Source: Octopus sinensis
Taxonomy: Eukaryota
Direction: 5' to 3'
DNA length: 64,000 nt
NCBI RefSeq assembly: GCF_006345805.1
Contig: NC_043023.1
Location: forward strand, 3,782,001-3,846,000
Position 1 is the first letter of the stretch. Each line of letters begins with the position of its first letter. Made by a program: the position numbers and the translations under genes. The notes under the pieces are model-generated. The model searched no databases. It was not told the origin of the DNA and saw only the letters and a list, made by a program, of their open reading frames with translations. Shown in pieces: positions 1 through 11,388 of the stretch.

Positions 1-84
<84 letters not shown>

Positions 85-85
85 C

Positions 86-150
<65 letters not shown>

Positions 151-155
151 GGATG

Positions 156-206
<51 letters not shown>

Positions 207-217
207 TGATGATAGAT

Positions 218-248
<31 letters not shown>

Positions 249-314
249 TAGATAGATGATAGATAGATAAATAGATAGATAGATTGATGATAGATATATA
301 GATAGATAGATAAC

Positions 315-388
<74 letters not shown>

Positions 389-390
389 TA
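1..390. repeat. (ACAG)n/(ATAG)n tetranucleotide microsatellite
   Basis: Seen directly; it explains the IYLS ORF. Confidence 0.98.
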
Positions 391-705
391 AATTGACAGA
401 ATGAGATAAAAAATCCATGGCTGTAAATAGTTTTCATAACATTTATAAAGAAATGGTCTCACAGCTTTTACAGCATCCAAAGGTACATGCTTTTTTTTCT
501 CTGATGAAATTATACTCATGTCACATAAATGCAAATTCAATGTACAGATTTTTATTAAATTATTGAGTATTTATTGAAATGGCTGTAAGAAGCAAAGATG
601 ACCAATTTGTTTGTATAAAAAATTATTAAGTTCCTTGTCACTATTTTCTTTTCTTCTTTTAAATGGATATAAGCTATATGCTATATATATATATAATCAA
701 AATAT

Positions 706-1020
706 GCAACAAGGATATCCAGAGGTAATGCAGTACGATCGTTTCATGCGACTCCATTTAATTGAACGAATTATACAAATGAGTCCTTCACATTTCACTA
801 AATTCTATATTTTTATGCAGCTGAAGATTGCTCTACATTTTAAAGTGATGTAATGTTTGCATTGTTCAATTAAATGGAGTCGCATGAAACGATCGTACTG
901 CATTACCTCTGGATATCCTTGTTGCTTTTTTTTTATTATAATCACCCCATTTTGATTATATGGATAATACCATACTAAATTCTGGTGCCTTTAACTTAAG
1001 TACCATATTCATCTGAATCT
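706..1020. repeat. Dispersed repeat forming a perfect 62-bp inverted repeat (706-767 / 864-925); inverted paralogue at 2981-3229
   Basis: The arms are exact reverse complements with a 96-bp spacer. 773-1020 is the reverse complement of 2981-3229. A diverged relative lies near 33606-33720. Confidence 0.85.
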
Positions 1021-1021
1021 C

Positions 1022-1070
<49 letters not shown>

Positions 1071-1621
1071 TATATACATATACAAGATAAGAAAATGGAG
1101 AAATACATCTAAATCAAATATTAATTACCAGATAATACTCAATCACATACTTTATTAAACAAACCACATAAGAGACTGTAGGGTTAAATATAAAAAAGCA
1201 GAACAAATCAGTGTACATAAAGGAATGTACATAAAAAAGTGTACATAAAAGAGTAATGTTGTATAATAAGTAGAATATATATAAAAGAGAATATAAATGC
1301 AAGTAAATATAAATATAAGTATAGATTGCATCTTACAGCTGTTTCGGCCATGTAGATAAGTATGTCTCATTTTACCAATATTAGCCTTTTATATTTGGTA
1401 ATTGATATTTGATTTAGATGTATTTCTCCATCTTGTATTAGTAATTTGTGGTAAATCATTTTACCTTTGCCCATATAATACAGTAAATGAATTGATTGCA
1501 TCGCAATCATTAACATTTATGTTTTAACTTTGTTGGGTACCTCACTGGCTGTATATTGGATGTATGTTATCCCATGGAGGGTTGCATTTACAACCCCTAT
1601 CTCAATTTGTATATATATATA

Positions 1622-2913
1622 CGAGGGGCGTTCAATAAGTAATGCCCATGACCCACTTCCCATAGCAGTAGAGTGACGAAACTTGGCACAGTTATTAGTA
1701 TTTTTCTACATAGGAACCACCCAGAGTTACGCATTTCTCCCATCATTTGATGCAACTCTGAAGACCGTTTTTGTAGAAGACCCCAGCTTGGTCCTCCAAC
1801 CACGATGTGACTTCAGAAATCAAGGCTGCATCATCTGGGAAACGCTTTTCTTTCAAAAACAACTTCATGACTGGGAAGAGGTGAAAATCAGAGGGTGCAA
1901 GGTCAGGAGAGTAGGGGAATGGGGGAGGGGTTCATAGCCGCATGCCTGTGCTTCTGATCTGGCGACACGCGAGTTGTGAACCGGAGCGTTGTCCTGCAAG
2001 AGGAGGATGCCTTTGCTGATCTTGCCGCGCCTCTTGATTATGATAGCTTCTCTTAATTTCCTCAAAAGTGAAGCATAATAGGCTCCTGTAATTGTGGCAC
2101 CCTTTGCAAGGAAATCTGTCATCACTACTCCGTCCTGGTCCCAGAAGACTGTGAACATGACCTTGCCAGCAGCGAGCTGCACCCTTGCCTTCTTTGGAGG
2201 AGGTGAGTCACGATGCTTCCACTGCATTGACTGGGCTTTGGTCTCTGGATCATCGTGATGGACCCAGGTTTCATCCTGTGTAATCAGTCTTTTGAAAAAT
2301 TTTGACTCATATTCTTGGCACATCTCCAAATTCATCCTCGAGCAATCGACGCGTTCTTGCTTCTGGAAAGATGTGAGCAGCCTGGGAATCCATCTGGCAG
2401 ACACCTTTTGCATATGCAAATGGTCATGAATGATAGTTTCCACAGACCCAGTACTAATCTTGACCTCATGGGCTATTTGGCGAATAGTTATGCGTCGATC
2501 TTCCGAAATGGCAGCCTCAACTTGACGGACAGATGCCTCATCAATGGCAGAAGGCGGCGACCAGATCTGGGAGCTGTTTCCACAGAGTTCCGACCATGTT
2601 TGAATTCACAATGCCAGCGTTTTACAAGGTCATATGATGGGGCATCATCACCATAAGTTACTTTCATTTCATCAAAAGTCTCCCGTGGTGTGCGTCCTTT
2701 CAAATACAAAACCGGATCACTGCTCGACCACTCAACAGGCTCCGTTCACACACTTGACTCAGTTTAAACACCTGTAAATCAGAAACCACAATTAGTTCAG
2801 AGCTGTAATTTGCCACTTAATCTATAGAGATATAAATAATTCTACATGCAAAATTTCAGCTAGATCAAATAATTGCAAGTGGGTCAGGGGCATTACTTAT
2901 TGAACGCCCCTCG
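1622..2913 (-). mobile_element. Full-length mariner transposon (1292 bp), irritans/Himar1-like
   Basis: TA TSDs; TIRs CGAGGGGCGTTCAATAAGTAATGCCC..GACCCACTT at both ends; contains a transposase remnant. Confidence 0.95.
1690..2745 (-). pseudogene. Frameshifted mariner DD34D transposase
   Basis: HTH region YLKGRTPRETFDEM..WHCEFKHGR..RSGR, then WIPRLL, ITQDETW, AGKVMFTVFWD and LQDNAP. The YSPDLAPSD motif is broken by a frameshift and the protein is split over several ORFs. Confidence 0.92.
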
Positions 2914-3399
2914 TATATATAAATCTTTACAGAACTTATATATATAATATATATATATATATATAAGTTCAGCAAAATTTAGATTCAGTTGAATATGGTA
3001 CTTAAGTTAAAGGCACCAGAATTTGGCATGGTATTATCCATATAATTCAAAATGGGGTGATTATAATCAAAATAAGCAACAAGGATATCCAGAGGTAATG
3101 CAGTATGATCGTTTCATGCGACTCCTTTTAATTGAACAATGCAATCATTACATCAATTTAAAATGTAGAGCAATCTTCAGCTGCATAAAAATATAGAATT
3201 TAGTTAAATTTGAAGGATTCATTTGTATAGTTTTCTTATTGTCCAAAATCACAAAGAGGATAAATAGATAGACAAAGAACATGTTTCATCAAAAACATCA
3301 CAGTTGTAACTGAGATCTTTTTCAAAGGAAGACACTGCTTATCATTGATTTTACTTTGTTATTCAGATTTACTAGTGGGGTGGGGGCGTTAGTTCTAAT

Positions 3400-3762
3400 T
3401 TATAGACTGGTTTACCCGTGAAATTGTAGTTAAGACACCTGTGCCAGTGACAAGTAAAAAGCACCGTCTGAATGTGGCCGATGCCAGCGCCACCTGACTG
3501 GCATCCGTGTCGGTGACACATAAAAGCACCAACCGATCGTGGTTGTTTGCCAGCACCCCCTGGCCCCTGTGCCGGTGGCATATAAAAAGCACCCGCTACA
3601 CACACGGAGTGGTTGGCGTTAGGAAGGGCATCCAGCTATAAAAACATTGTCCGATCAGACCGGAGCCTGGTGCAGCCTCCTGGCTTCCCAGACCCAGGTC
3701 AAACTGTCCAACCCATGCTAGCATGGAAAACTGACGTTAAATGATGATGATGATGATGATGT
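3400..3762 (+). mobile_element. RTE-type LINE 3' UTR/tail repeat
   Basis: ...GGAAGGGCATCCAGC...CATGCTAGCATGGAAAA..GACGTTAAA(TGA)n with about 60-bp internal repeats. Other copies: 8428-8675(-), 9580-9810(+), 14130-14668(+), 17470-17940(-), 42160-42606(+). Boundaries are approximate. Confidence 0.7.
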
Positions 3763-3899
3763 TTATCAAGTCTAATAGAAACTAGAATCTATCCATTATG
3801 GATTGGGCAAAAAGACAGTTTAAGTGGCAGAGTCATAAATCAAGATTTCTTTGAAGTAAAACCATTTGGTTCAGCAAGAATATATTTCAGCCAAAATTT

Positions 3900-4615
3900 G
3901 CTGGCTAAAGCTGATGGAGAGTAAAACTTCATGCGACCAGGTCAGCAGATCAGTTTCAAGAAGAAGACCAAGAAACTTCCTGAGAAAAATGGAAAGTGGA
4001 ACGGCTATTGGGAGGTAACTGCAGATTTACCTGGGTGCCAGGTTTTCTTTCCCATCCCAGTTTCGAAAAAACCAGATATTTTGATGTGTGAAAGAAAGAA
4101 AGTTGTAAATATAGTCGAGCTAACGGTTCCTCATGAAGATAATATGGACGCCGCTCAGGCTCGAAAATTGAACCGTTATGAAAACCTCCTTGAGGAATAT
4201 GAAGACGCAGGCTGGAAAGCGGAACATTTTCCTATCAAAGTCAGATGTAGAGGGTTTGTAGGACACAGCGTGAGACGACTGTTGTTATCGTTAGGCCTAA
4301 CTCATCGTAAAGTCAATACCACCATGACTGATATCCAATCTACAGTGGAGAAGGCTAACCACTGGATTTGGTTAAAAAGAGACGATGAGCGATGGCTAGA
4401 AGTATATTGAGTTCTTCATAACCAGCTGATCTAGCAAGCGGGGCCTCATATCAGTGAGGGGGGCCGGTGCGCATTGATGCCGTCGAGAGGTAGGCCCTGA
4501 AACGGCGCGCATTCTCTCCTGATGACCCCATACACTTGCTAGCTTCCGGTATACGGAGCTTTTAACTGGTAGCACTTGCATGTGCAAGTTTGCAAGACAT
4601 ATAACCATTTAACAG
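3900..4615 (+). mobile_element. 5'-truncated HERO-like non-LTR retrotransposon (restriction-like endonuclease C-terminus plus 3' UTR)
   Basis: ORF 3931-4410 has KPDIL..IVELTVPHEDNM..A..RK..RY..L, PIKVRCRGF and NHWIWLKR, a PD-(D/E)xK RLE with the motifs typical of HERO-clade elements. Confidence 0.8.
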
Positions 4616-4778
4616 CCATAATCCCAATGATAATTTGAAATATATAGGTACATTTTAGGGGTTTTTTCAAAGAATCAGAATTATTTCAGTATTTTACACA
4701 ATAGAGGGATGGAGAATATAGAAATAATTCCATATTTATATAAGTTTCTATACCAATTCAATATATATTTATAGTTAA

Positions 4779-5084
4779 CTAGCAGTATCGCCCGGCGTTG
4801 CTCGGGTTTGTAAGGGAAATAACTATATAAGCATTTTTAGAGAGTTTCTTTCCTTATATAACCGAGCAAAAATCATTAAAAATGCGGAAAAATGATGGTA
4901 AATGTTTTTTTAAATTGTAGACTCATCGTAGACGCGCGCTAATACCCAGAAGGGCTCGATATGAATGACGACTATAAGATACCTGGTTTTGCTTAAACTG
5001 CACCGCAAAATGTGGGAGTATTTAGGAATCTAAATCGAAGGACACAGAGTCTCACACACACAACTTCAATTTTATATATATAGA
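4779..5084 (-). mobile_element. Non-autonomous Helitron
   Basis: Minus strand starts TC and ends with hairpin CCCGAGCAACGCCGGG then CTAG. Inserted between A and T with no TSD. Confidence 0.8.
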
Positions 5085-5336
5085 TTAGTAAATAGTAATT
5101 TATTGGTATTAATGAGTTAAATTAAAGGAATATGTTAAACATTTCATATATTTTCTATATGCTAAAAACCTTAGAATATATTTCTTGTATTATAAAATAG
5201 ATAGTGAAATAAAATAGATAGTGAAATAAAATAGATAGTGAAATATATCAGTATGGTTCTGTATAGGCTGAGTGTGAACTCTATAGAAATGTATTATCAA
5301 TAAAATGATATAGCGGGTAAATAAGTAAGAAAAAAA

Positions 5337-6214
5337 ATGGTTTGTGTTGGACAAAACACATCGCTAAAATTGTCAAGAAGGCTGAGGGTGTCTTGGCATC
5401 ACTCACCAAAACCTTTGTGAGCCGCTCTCCAGCTATCTATCTGCGGCTTTATATAGCTATGGTAAGACCTCACCTGGAATTTGCATCACCGGTCTGGAAC
5501 CCCTATTTTGCCCAGGATATCAATCGTCTGGAAGCCGTTCAGCGACGTGCAACCAAAAGAATACCCTCCATCAGGCGTTTGCCATATCCTGAATGCCTTA
5601 CTTCCCTGGGCATGGATACATTGAAACTCCGACGTCTGCCAGCTGACTTGGCAGACACCCATAAAATTATCAACCATCGCACAAACAATAACTTTGAGCA
5701 GCCACCAAGAGAAAACCCTCCATCAGGCATTTGCCATATTCTGAACGCCTTACTTCCCTGGGCATGGATCCATTGAAACTCCGATATCTGGCAGCTTACT
5801 TGGCAGACAGCCATAAAATTATTAACCATCTTACAAACAATAACTCTGAGCACATTTTCAAACTCCACCCGTCTAACACCCATGGACATGTTTACAAAGT
5901 CAGAAAACAGCACAGCTCCCATGACTTCAGGAAACATTTTTCCACGCTAAGAGTTGCTGAAGCATGGAACAAACTGCCAGCATCAGTTGTTAGTTGTCGG
6001 AGCACTGCATCCTTCAAAACTTCCATCCTTCTGAGACTCACCAACACTACACCTGATTTTCTCCCCTCCATACACACGCAAGCATGTATCTGACTCATAC
6101 ACTGTTCGCTTTCCAGACATTTGTACATTACTGCATATGCTTTATATGCACTTTGGACAAGTTGTGGTGCACCTGAGCACTGTATACATTAATTTCATTA
6201 GTATTATTATTATT
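5337..6214 (+). mobile_element. 5'-truncated CR1-clade LINE with internal ~150-bp tandem duplication
   Basis: VRPHLEFASPVWNP..DINRLEAVQRRATKRI..RL..L, later THGH..K..K...RKHFSTLRVAEAWNKLP, then 3' UTR and (TAT)n tail. 5564-5700 is repeated at 5716-5852. Confidence 0.9.
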
Positions 6215-7013
6215 AAAGTAAAGGAATTTAAATGAGTATATTGAAAAATAAATATAAATTATTGTAGAATATCATAGATAAGGGGTAGAATAGATTTATG
6301 TTCTAAAAACTTATAGAATATACCTAGCTTATTTATATTAATAGTTGAGGTAAGCTGTTCTAAGAAATTCTCTTATAATTTTATAATTTCTAGATTTAAA
6401 TTTATATTTACTTATCATGGGAATTTATCATAAATGACTAGTGTTTAATACCGGGTAAAGAAATGATCAAGTTATTGGGCAAAAATTATATTTACTCTTT
6501 TACTTGTTTCAGTCATTTGACTGTGGCCATGCTGGAGCACCACCTTTAGTCGAGCAAATCGACCCCGGGACTTATTCTTTGTAAGCCCAGTACTTATTGT
6601 TTGACAACCGATGCTGGTGTGTTTACGTCCCCGTAACTTAGCGGTTCGGCAAAAAGAGACCGATAAAATAAATACTAGGATTACAAAGAATAAGTCCTAG
6701 GGTCGATTTGATCGACTAAAGGCGGTGCTCCAGCATGGCCACAGTCACATGACTGAAACAAGTAAAAGAGTTCCTTATATGATAATTTATATTTATTAAT
6801 TGGTACTTATAAAATGTTATATTTTCTTCTTTATTTATAATCTATTTATAAAGCTTTCTAATGCATACAAAGATCTTGAGGGTAGGGTTGTTTTAGAGAA
6901 ATAGAAACCAAGTAATCTAGATATTATTATCCATTCAATTATCAGGTTTTGAATATTAATTAAGGGGATATAGAAGAAGTTTTTATGAGAATATTCCTAC
7001 TAAATAAGTTATT

Positions 7014-7399
7014 GGATGGAAGCACTCCGTCGGTTACGACGATGAGGGTTCCGGTTGATCCGATCAACAGAACAGCTTGCTCGTGGAATTAACGTGCAAG
7101 TGGCTGAGCACTCCACAGACACGTGTACCCTTAACGTAGTTCTTGGGGATATTCAGCGTGACACAGAGAGTGACAAGGCCGGCCCCTTTGAAATACATGT
7201 ACAACAGAAACAGGAAGTAAGAGTGAGAGAAAGTTGTGGTGAAAGAGTACAGCAGGGATCACCACCATCCCCTGCCGGAGCCTCGTGGAGCTTTAGGTGT
7301 TTTCGCTCAATAAACACTCACAACGCCCGGTCTGGGGATCGAAACCAAGATCCTATGACCGCGAGTCCACTGCCCTAACCACTGGGCCATTGCGCCTCC
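7014..7399 (-). mobile_element. tRNA-derived SINE (family C) with 15-bp TSD
   Basis: Head GGAGGCGCAATGGCTCAGTGGTTAGGGCAG..GGTTTCGATCCC on the minus strand. TSD ACTAAATAAGTTATT at 6999-7013 and 7400-7414. Partial copies at about 10615-10770 and 56200-56400. Confidence 0.88.
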
Positions 7400-7859
7400 A
7401 CTAAATAAGTTATTAATTGGCACACATATCAAAATCTTTAAAATATAATGGAAGGGAGGCAACCAATATGAAAGTTTAAAATTAGAAAAACATTTAAATT
7501 TAGTATTTAAGAATGAAGCATGGTTTATATGGGGCATCATAATTTAGGCTAGTTAGGGGTAATATTTATAATATAAAAAAAAAAGAATTAGGTGGAGAAG
7601 AATTCTTGCAGAAATAGATATGGAAATTACCAAATCTTTAAAATTTATTATGGATTGTGGTAAGTAGCTTGTTTACCAACCACATGGTTCCAGGTTCAGT
7701 CCCACTGCATGGCACCTTGGACAAGTGTCTTCTACTATAGCCATGGGCCGACCAAAGCCTTGTGAGTGGACTTGGAAGACGGAAACTGAAAGAAGCCCGT
7801 CATATATATAACAGCGGTGCATCAGTATGGCCGCAGCTCTGAGCTGAAACTAGAGATAA

Positions 7860-7891
<32 letters not shown>

Positions 7892-8710
7892 TGTATGTAT
7901 GTATATATGTATGTGTGTGTGTGTTTGTGTGTCTGTGTTTGTCCCCCTCCCCCAACATCACTTGACAACTGATATTGGTTTGTTTACATCCCCTTAACTT
8001 AGTGGTTCGGCAAAAGTGACCAATAGAAAAAGTACTAGGCTTACAAAGAATAAGTCCTGGGGTAGATTTGCTCGACTAAAGGCGGTGCTCCAGCATGGCC
8101 ACAGTCAAATGGCTTAAACAAAGAGTAAAAGAGTGGGTATGCAACTTAATAATTTCATTAGATATATAGAATTTATGTAATAATTATAGAAATTTTTTTA
8201 AAATTTTATTCAATTTTATTCAATTTATTTATGTTACTAAATTTCTTAGTAACTAATGTTGATTACATAAAAACTAGTAGGGTATATTATTTCCTTATTG
8301 GATTTAAAAAAATTAAGATTTAAAGTTTAGGAATAGCAAAAATGCTATTTTAAAAAATATTTCAAGGTACAGGTAGTACAAAGTATGCACGATACTCCTA
8401 TGATTATATATATATATATATATATATCATCATCATCATCATCATCATCATTTAGCGTCCGTTTTCCATGCTAGTATGGGTTGGACGGTTCAACTGGGGT
8501 CTGGGAAGCCAGAAGGCTGCACCAGGCCCAGTCTGATCTGGCAGTGTTTCTACAGCTGGATGCCCTTCCTAACGCCAACCACTCCGCGAATGTAGTGGGT
8601 GCTTTTTACATGCCACCCGCACAGGTGCCAGACAGAGCTGGCAAACGGCCACGAACGGATGGTGCTTTTTACATAAATACATACATATATATATATATAT
8701 ATATAATTAT

Positions 8711-9110
8711 GTGAAATAGAAAGATGAATAATCTTGTAGTAGATTAATCAAAAGTTTAACCGATACCTTAGTAGCAAAAATCACAGCAGTAAACAGCACG
8801 GTTGGAGGTACAACCATCTGGCGTTGCAACCGTGCGTTGGTGCGGATAATTGAAATTAAAACGTTATTGGTGAATTGAAGAAATGGAGCTGAACGCAGAT
8901 TGAACAGAAATCGTTTTATTTCATTCTACACGTGTTTCGAAAGGCACAATTTACCAAAATCCGATTGAATAATGGGACCATATTGTGTCTTTCTCTTCAG
9001 GAAGAAAAAAGGAAATCCGCTGGAAAAACAAAAACAGAACAGAGGCGGAGCAAAAGCAAATCGAACTATGCTCCTAAGAGCCCATGGCGAAACCAATTCA
9101 CCAATAACGT

Positions 9111-9112
<2 letters not shown>
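8711..9112 (-). mobile_element. Penelope-like element terminal-repeat remnant
   Basis: Hosts the hammerhead. An 18-bp inverted repeat AACGTTATTGGTGAATTG (about 8861-8878) / CAATTCACCAATAACGTT (about 9095-9112) brackets it. Flanked by TA microsatellites. Confidence 0.55.
8917..9008 (-). ncRNA. Minimal type I hammerhead ribozyme (Penelope-type)
   Basis: Minus strand: TTTCTTC-CTGAAGA-GAAAG.CACAAT...ATTGTG.CTTTC-GAAA-C-ACGT-G-TA-GAA(T)GAAA. All core residues and stems I, II and III are present. Confidence 0.85.
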
Positions 9113-9142
<30 letters not shown>

Positions 9143-9524
9143 CTAGCAGTATCGCCTGGCGTTGCTCAGGTTTGTAAGGGAAATAACTATAAAGCATTTT
9201 TAGAGAGTTATAGCCAAAAAATAGCAAAAAAATGGAAAAAAAATGATGGTAAATTTTTTTTTGAGATTTAAAAAAGGTGGAGTGGCGTCCCCTGGACAGT
9301 TTGTTGTTCGTGTTTCTGATTCTCGACCCCATGTCGAATTTATCGATTTTTTTCAGAACTGGGGGAACTTTTCAAAATTTTCGCTGCGTTAGTTTTGAAT
9401 TATGACATTGGGCTATGTTGTGTCAAGTTTCATCAGAATCGGTTTGAAAGCCGTGGTCAGGGTGAGGGTACAAGCAAACAGACACACAGAAACACGCACA
9501 GACAAACTGCCGTTTATATATAGA
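9143..9524 (-). mobile_element. Non-autonomous Helitron (same 3' end, different interior)
   Basis: Plus strand CTAGCAGTATCGCCTGGCGTTGCTCAGG...TTTATATATAGA; TC...CTAG termini on the minus strand. Confidence 0.78.
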
Positions 9525-10324
9525 TATATATATATATTATATATATATATATTATATATATATATATATTATATACCTACCGGTGGCACATAAAGCACCA
9601 TCCAATCGTGGCCGTTTGCCAGCCTCGTCTGGCACGTAAAAAGCACCCACTACACTCACGGAGTGGTTAGCGTTAGGAAGGGCATCCAGCCGTAGAAACA
9701 CTGCCAGATCAGACTGGGCCTGGCGCAGCCTTCTGGCTTCCCAGACCCCAGTTGAACCATCCAAACCATGCTAGCACGGAAAGCGGACGCTAAACGATGA
9801 TGATGATGATATATATATACATACATATATATATATAAACACACACACATGTGTATGTATGTATGTAAGTATGTATGTAAGTGAGTATATATGTATATGT
9901 GTGTGTGTTATTGTATCTGTTTGTCCCCATCATGGTTTCATAACCGGTGTTGGTATGTTTTATATCCCTGATACTTAGAGGTTCAACAAAACCAACTGAT
10001 AAAATAAATACCAGGTTTAAAAAGAAAACAATAAATACTGGAATTGATTCATTTGGCTAAGAATTCTTCAAGGCAGTGCCCCAGCATGGCCGCAGTCTAA
10101 TGACTGAAACAAGTAAAAGATTAAAGATATATATGTTTCTCCTAGATATGTCTTACTTATCCTGCAACCAAACCACACACAAGTGTGTCCATTGTTTCCT
10201 AGGACACTTGCCCCAGCATGGCCGCGGCCTTCGGGCTAAAACGTTTTTAAGGATATAAGGATTTAAGGAACATCTAGCTACCTTGTAATTATTCCCCTGG
10301 ATCTTTCCTATAAATTGCACCCTC

Positions 10325-10370
<46 letters not shown>

Positions 10371-10533
10371 TGTGCGGAGTGCTGTGTGGTAAGTAGCTTG
10401 CTTATGAACCACATGGTTCCGGGTTCAGTCCCACTATGTGACACCTTGGGTAAGTGTCTTCTACTATAGCCTTGGGCTGATCAAAGCCTTGTGAGTGGAT
10501 TTGGTAGACGGAAACTGAAAGAAGCCCATCATA

Positions 10534-10566
<33 letters not shown>

Positions 10567-10795
10567 GTACTTGTGTCAGTCATTTGACTGCGGCCATGCT
10601 GGAGCACCGCCTTTAGAGTGGTGAAAGAGTACAGCAGGGATCACCACCATCCCCTGCCGGAGCCTCGTGGAGCTTTTAGGTGTTTTCGCTCAATAAACAC
10701 ACACAACGCCCGGTCTGGGAATCGAAACCACGATCCTCCGACCGCAAGTCCGCTGCCCTAACCACTGGGCCATATATCTATATATATATAAATAC

Positions 10796-10827
<32 letters not shown>

Positions 10828-11107
10828 TTGTCCCCCCAACATCGCTTGACAACCGACGCTGGTGTGTTTACGTTCCCGTTACTTAGCGGTTCGGCAAAAG
10901 AGACCAATAGAATAAGTACTAGGCTTCCAAAGAATAAGTCCTGGTGTCGATTTGATCGACTAAAGGCGGTGCTCCAGCATGGCCGCAGTCAAATGACTGA
11001 AACAAGAACAAAGAAGAAAGAAATAAAGTCGATGAGGTAGGGCACACACGTCTGTACATATGGTGAATATTATTATAAATAAAAGGTTTAAAAATTAAAG
11101 GTGTTTG

Positions 11108-11388
11108 ATGCGAGATTCGAACCCACGCTGTAATTTTCGGCTAAGCTTCGTTACAAATAAAAAATTCTAAATAAGTAAAAAAAAAATTGTGCAAAAGGTG
11201 GAATTCGAACCTACGCAATAATCTTACGACTTGAACCAACCACATCGAAGCTATGTAATAAACTAACACACGTTATCGAGAATAAAAGGAATAAAATAAA
11301 TTATCAGCCAGAAGTGGGATTCGAACCCAAACCCACACTGGTGGGTAATAATTCTAATCGGTCGGGAAAAGTAGTAAAAAAAATTATC
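11108..11388 (-). pseudogene. Decaying tandem copies of tRNA 3' half (B-box repeats) downstream of tRNA-Leu
   Basis: ATTCGAACC cores at 11115, 11203 and 11319 (gene copy at 11402). The 11302-11345 copy keeps AATTATC..CAGAAGTGGGATTCGAACCCA including trailer sequence. Confidence 0.75.

Noticed and set aside
398-482. Exon-like AG...GT segment on the + strand
   Set aside because: All three frames contain stops, and the open minus-strand frame has no recognisable homology or convincing donor.
85-540. 151-aa ORF and similar long ORFs at 18556-20409, 38941-40684, 51777-52775 and 60007-61362
   Set aside because: These are translations of microsatellites (IYLS, CV, poly-G/V/P/H, YI) with no splice or homology support.
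1865-2443. Active or domesticated mariner transposase
   Set aside because: Multiple frameshifts separate the HTH from the catalytic region and break the third catalytic Asp motif.
6772-7500. NUMT origin of the AT-rich backbone
   Set aside because: No frame on either strand matched a mitochondrial protein or rRNA I recognise, and TAA stops remain under the invertebrate mitochondrial code. Not formally excluded without a BLAST.
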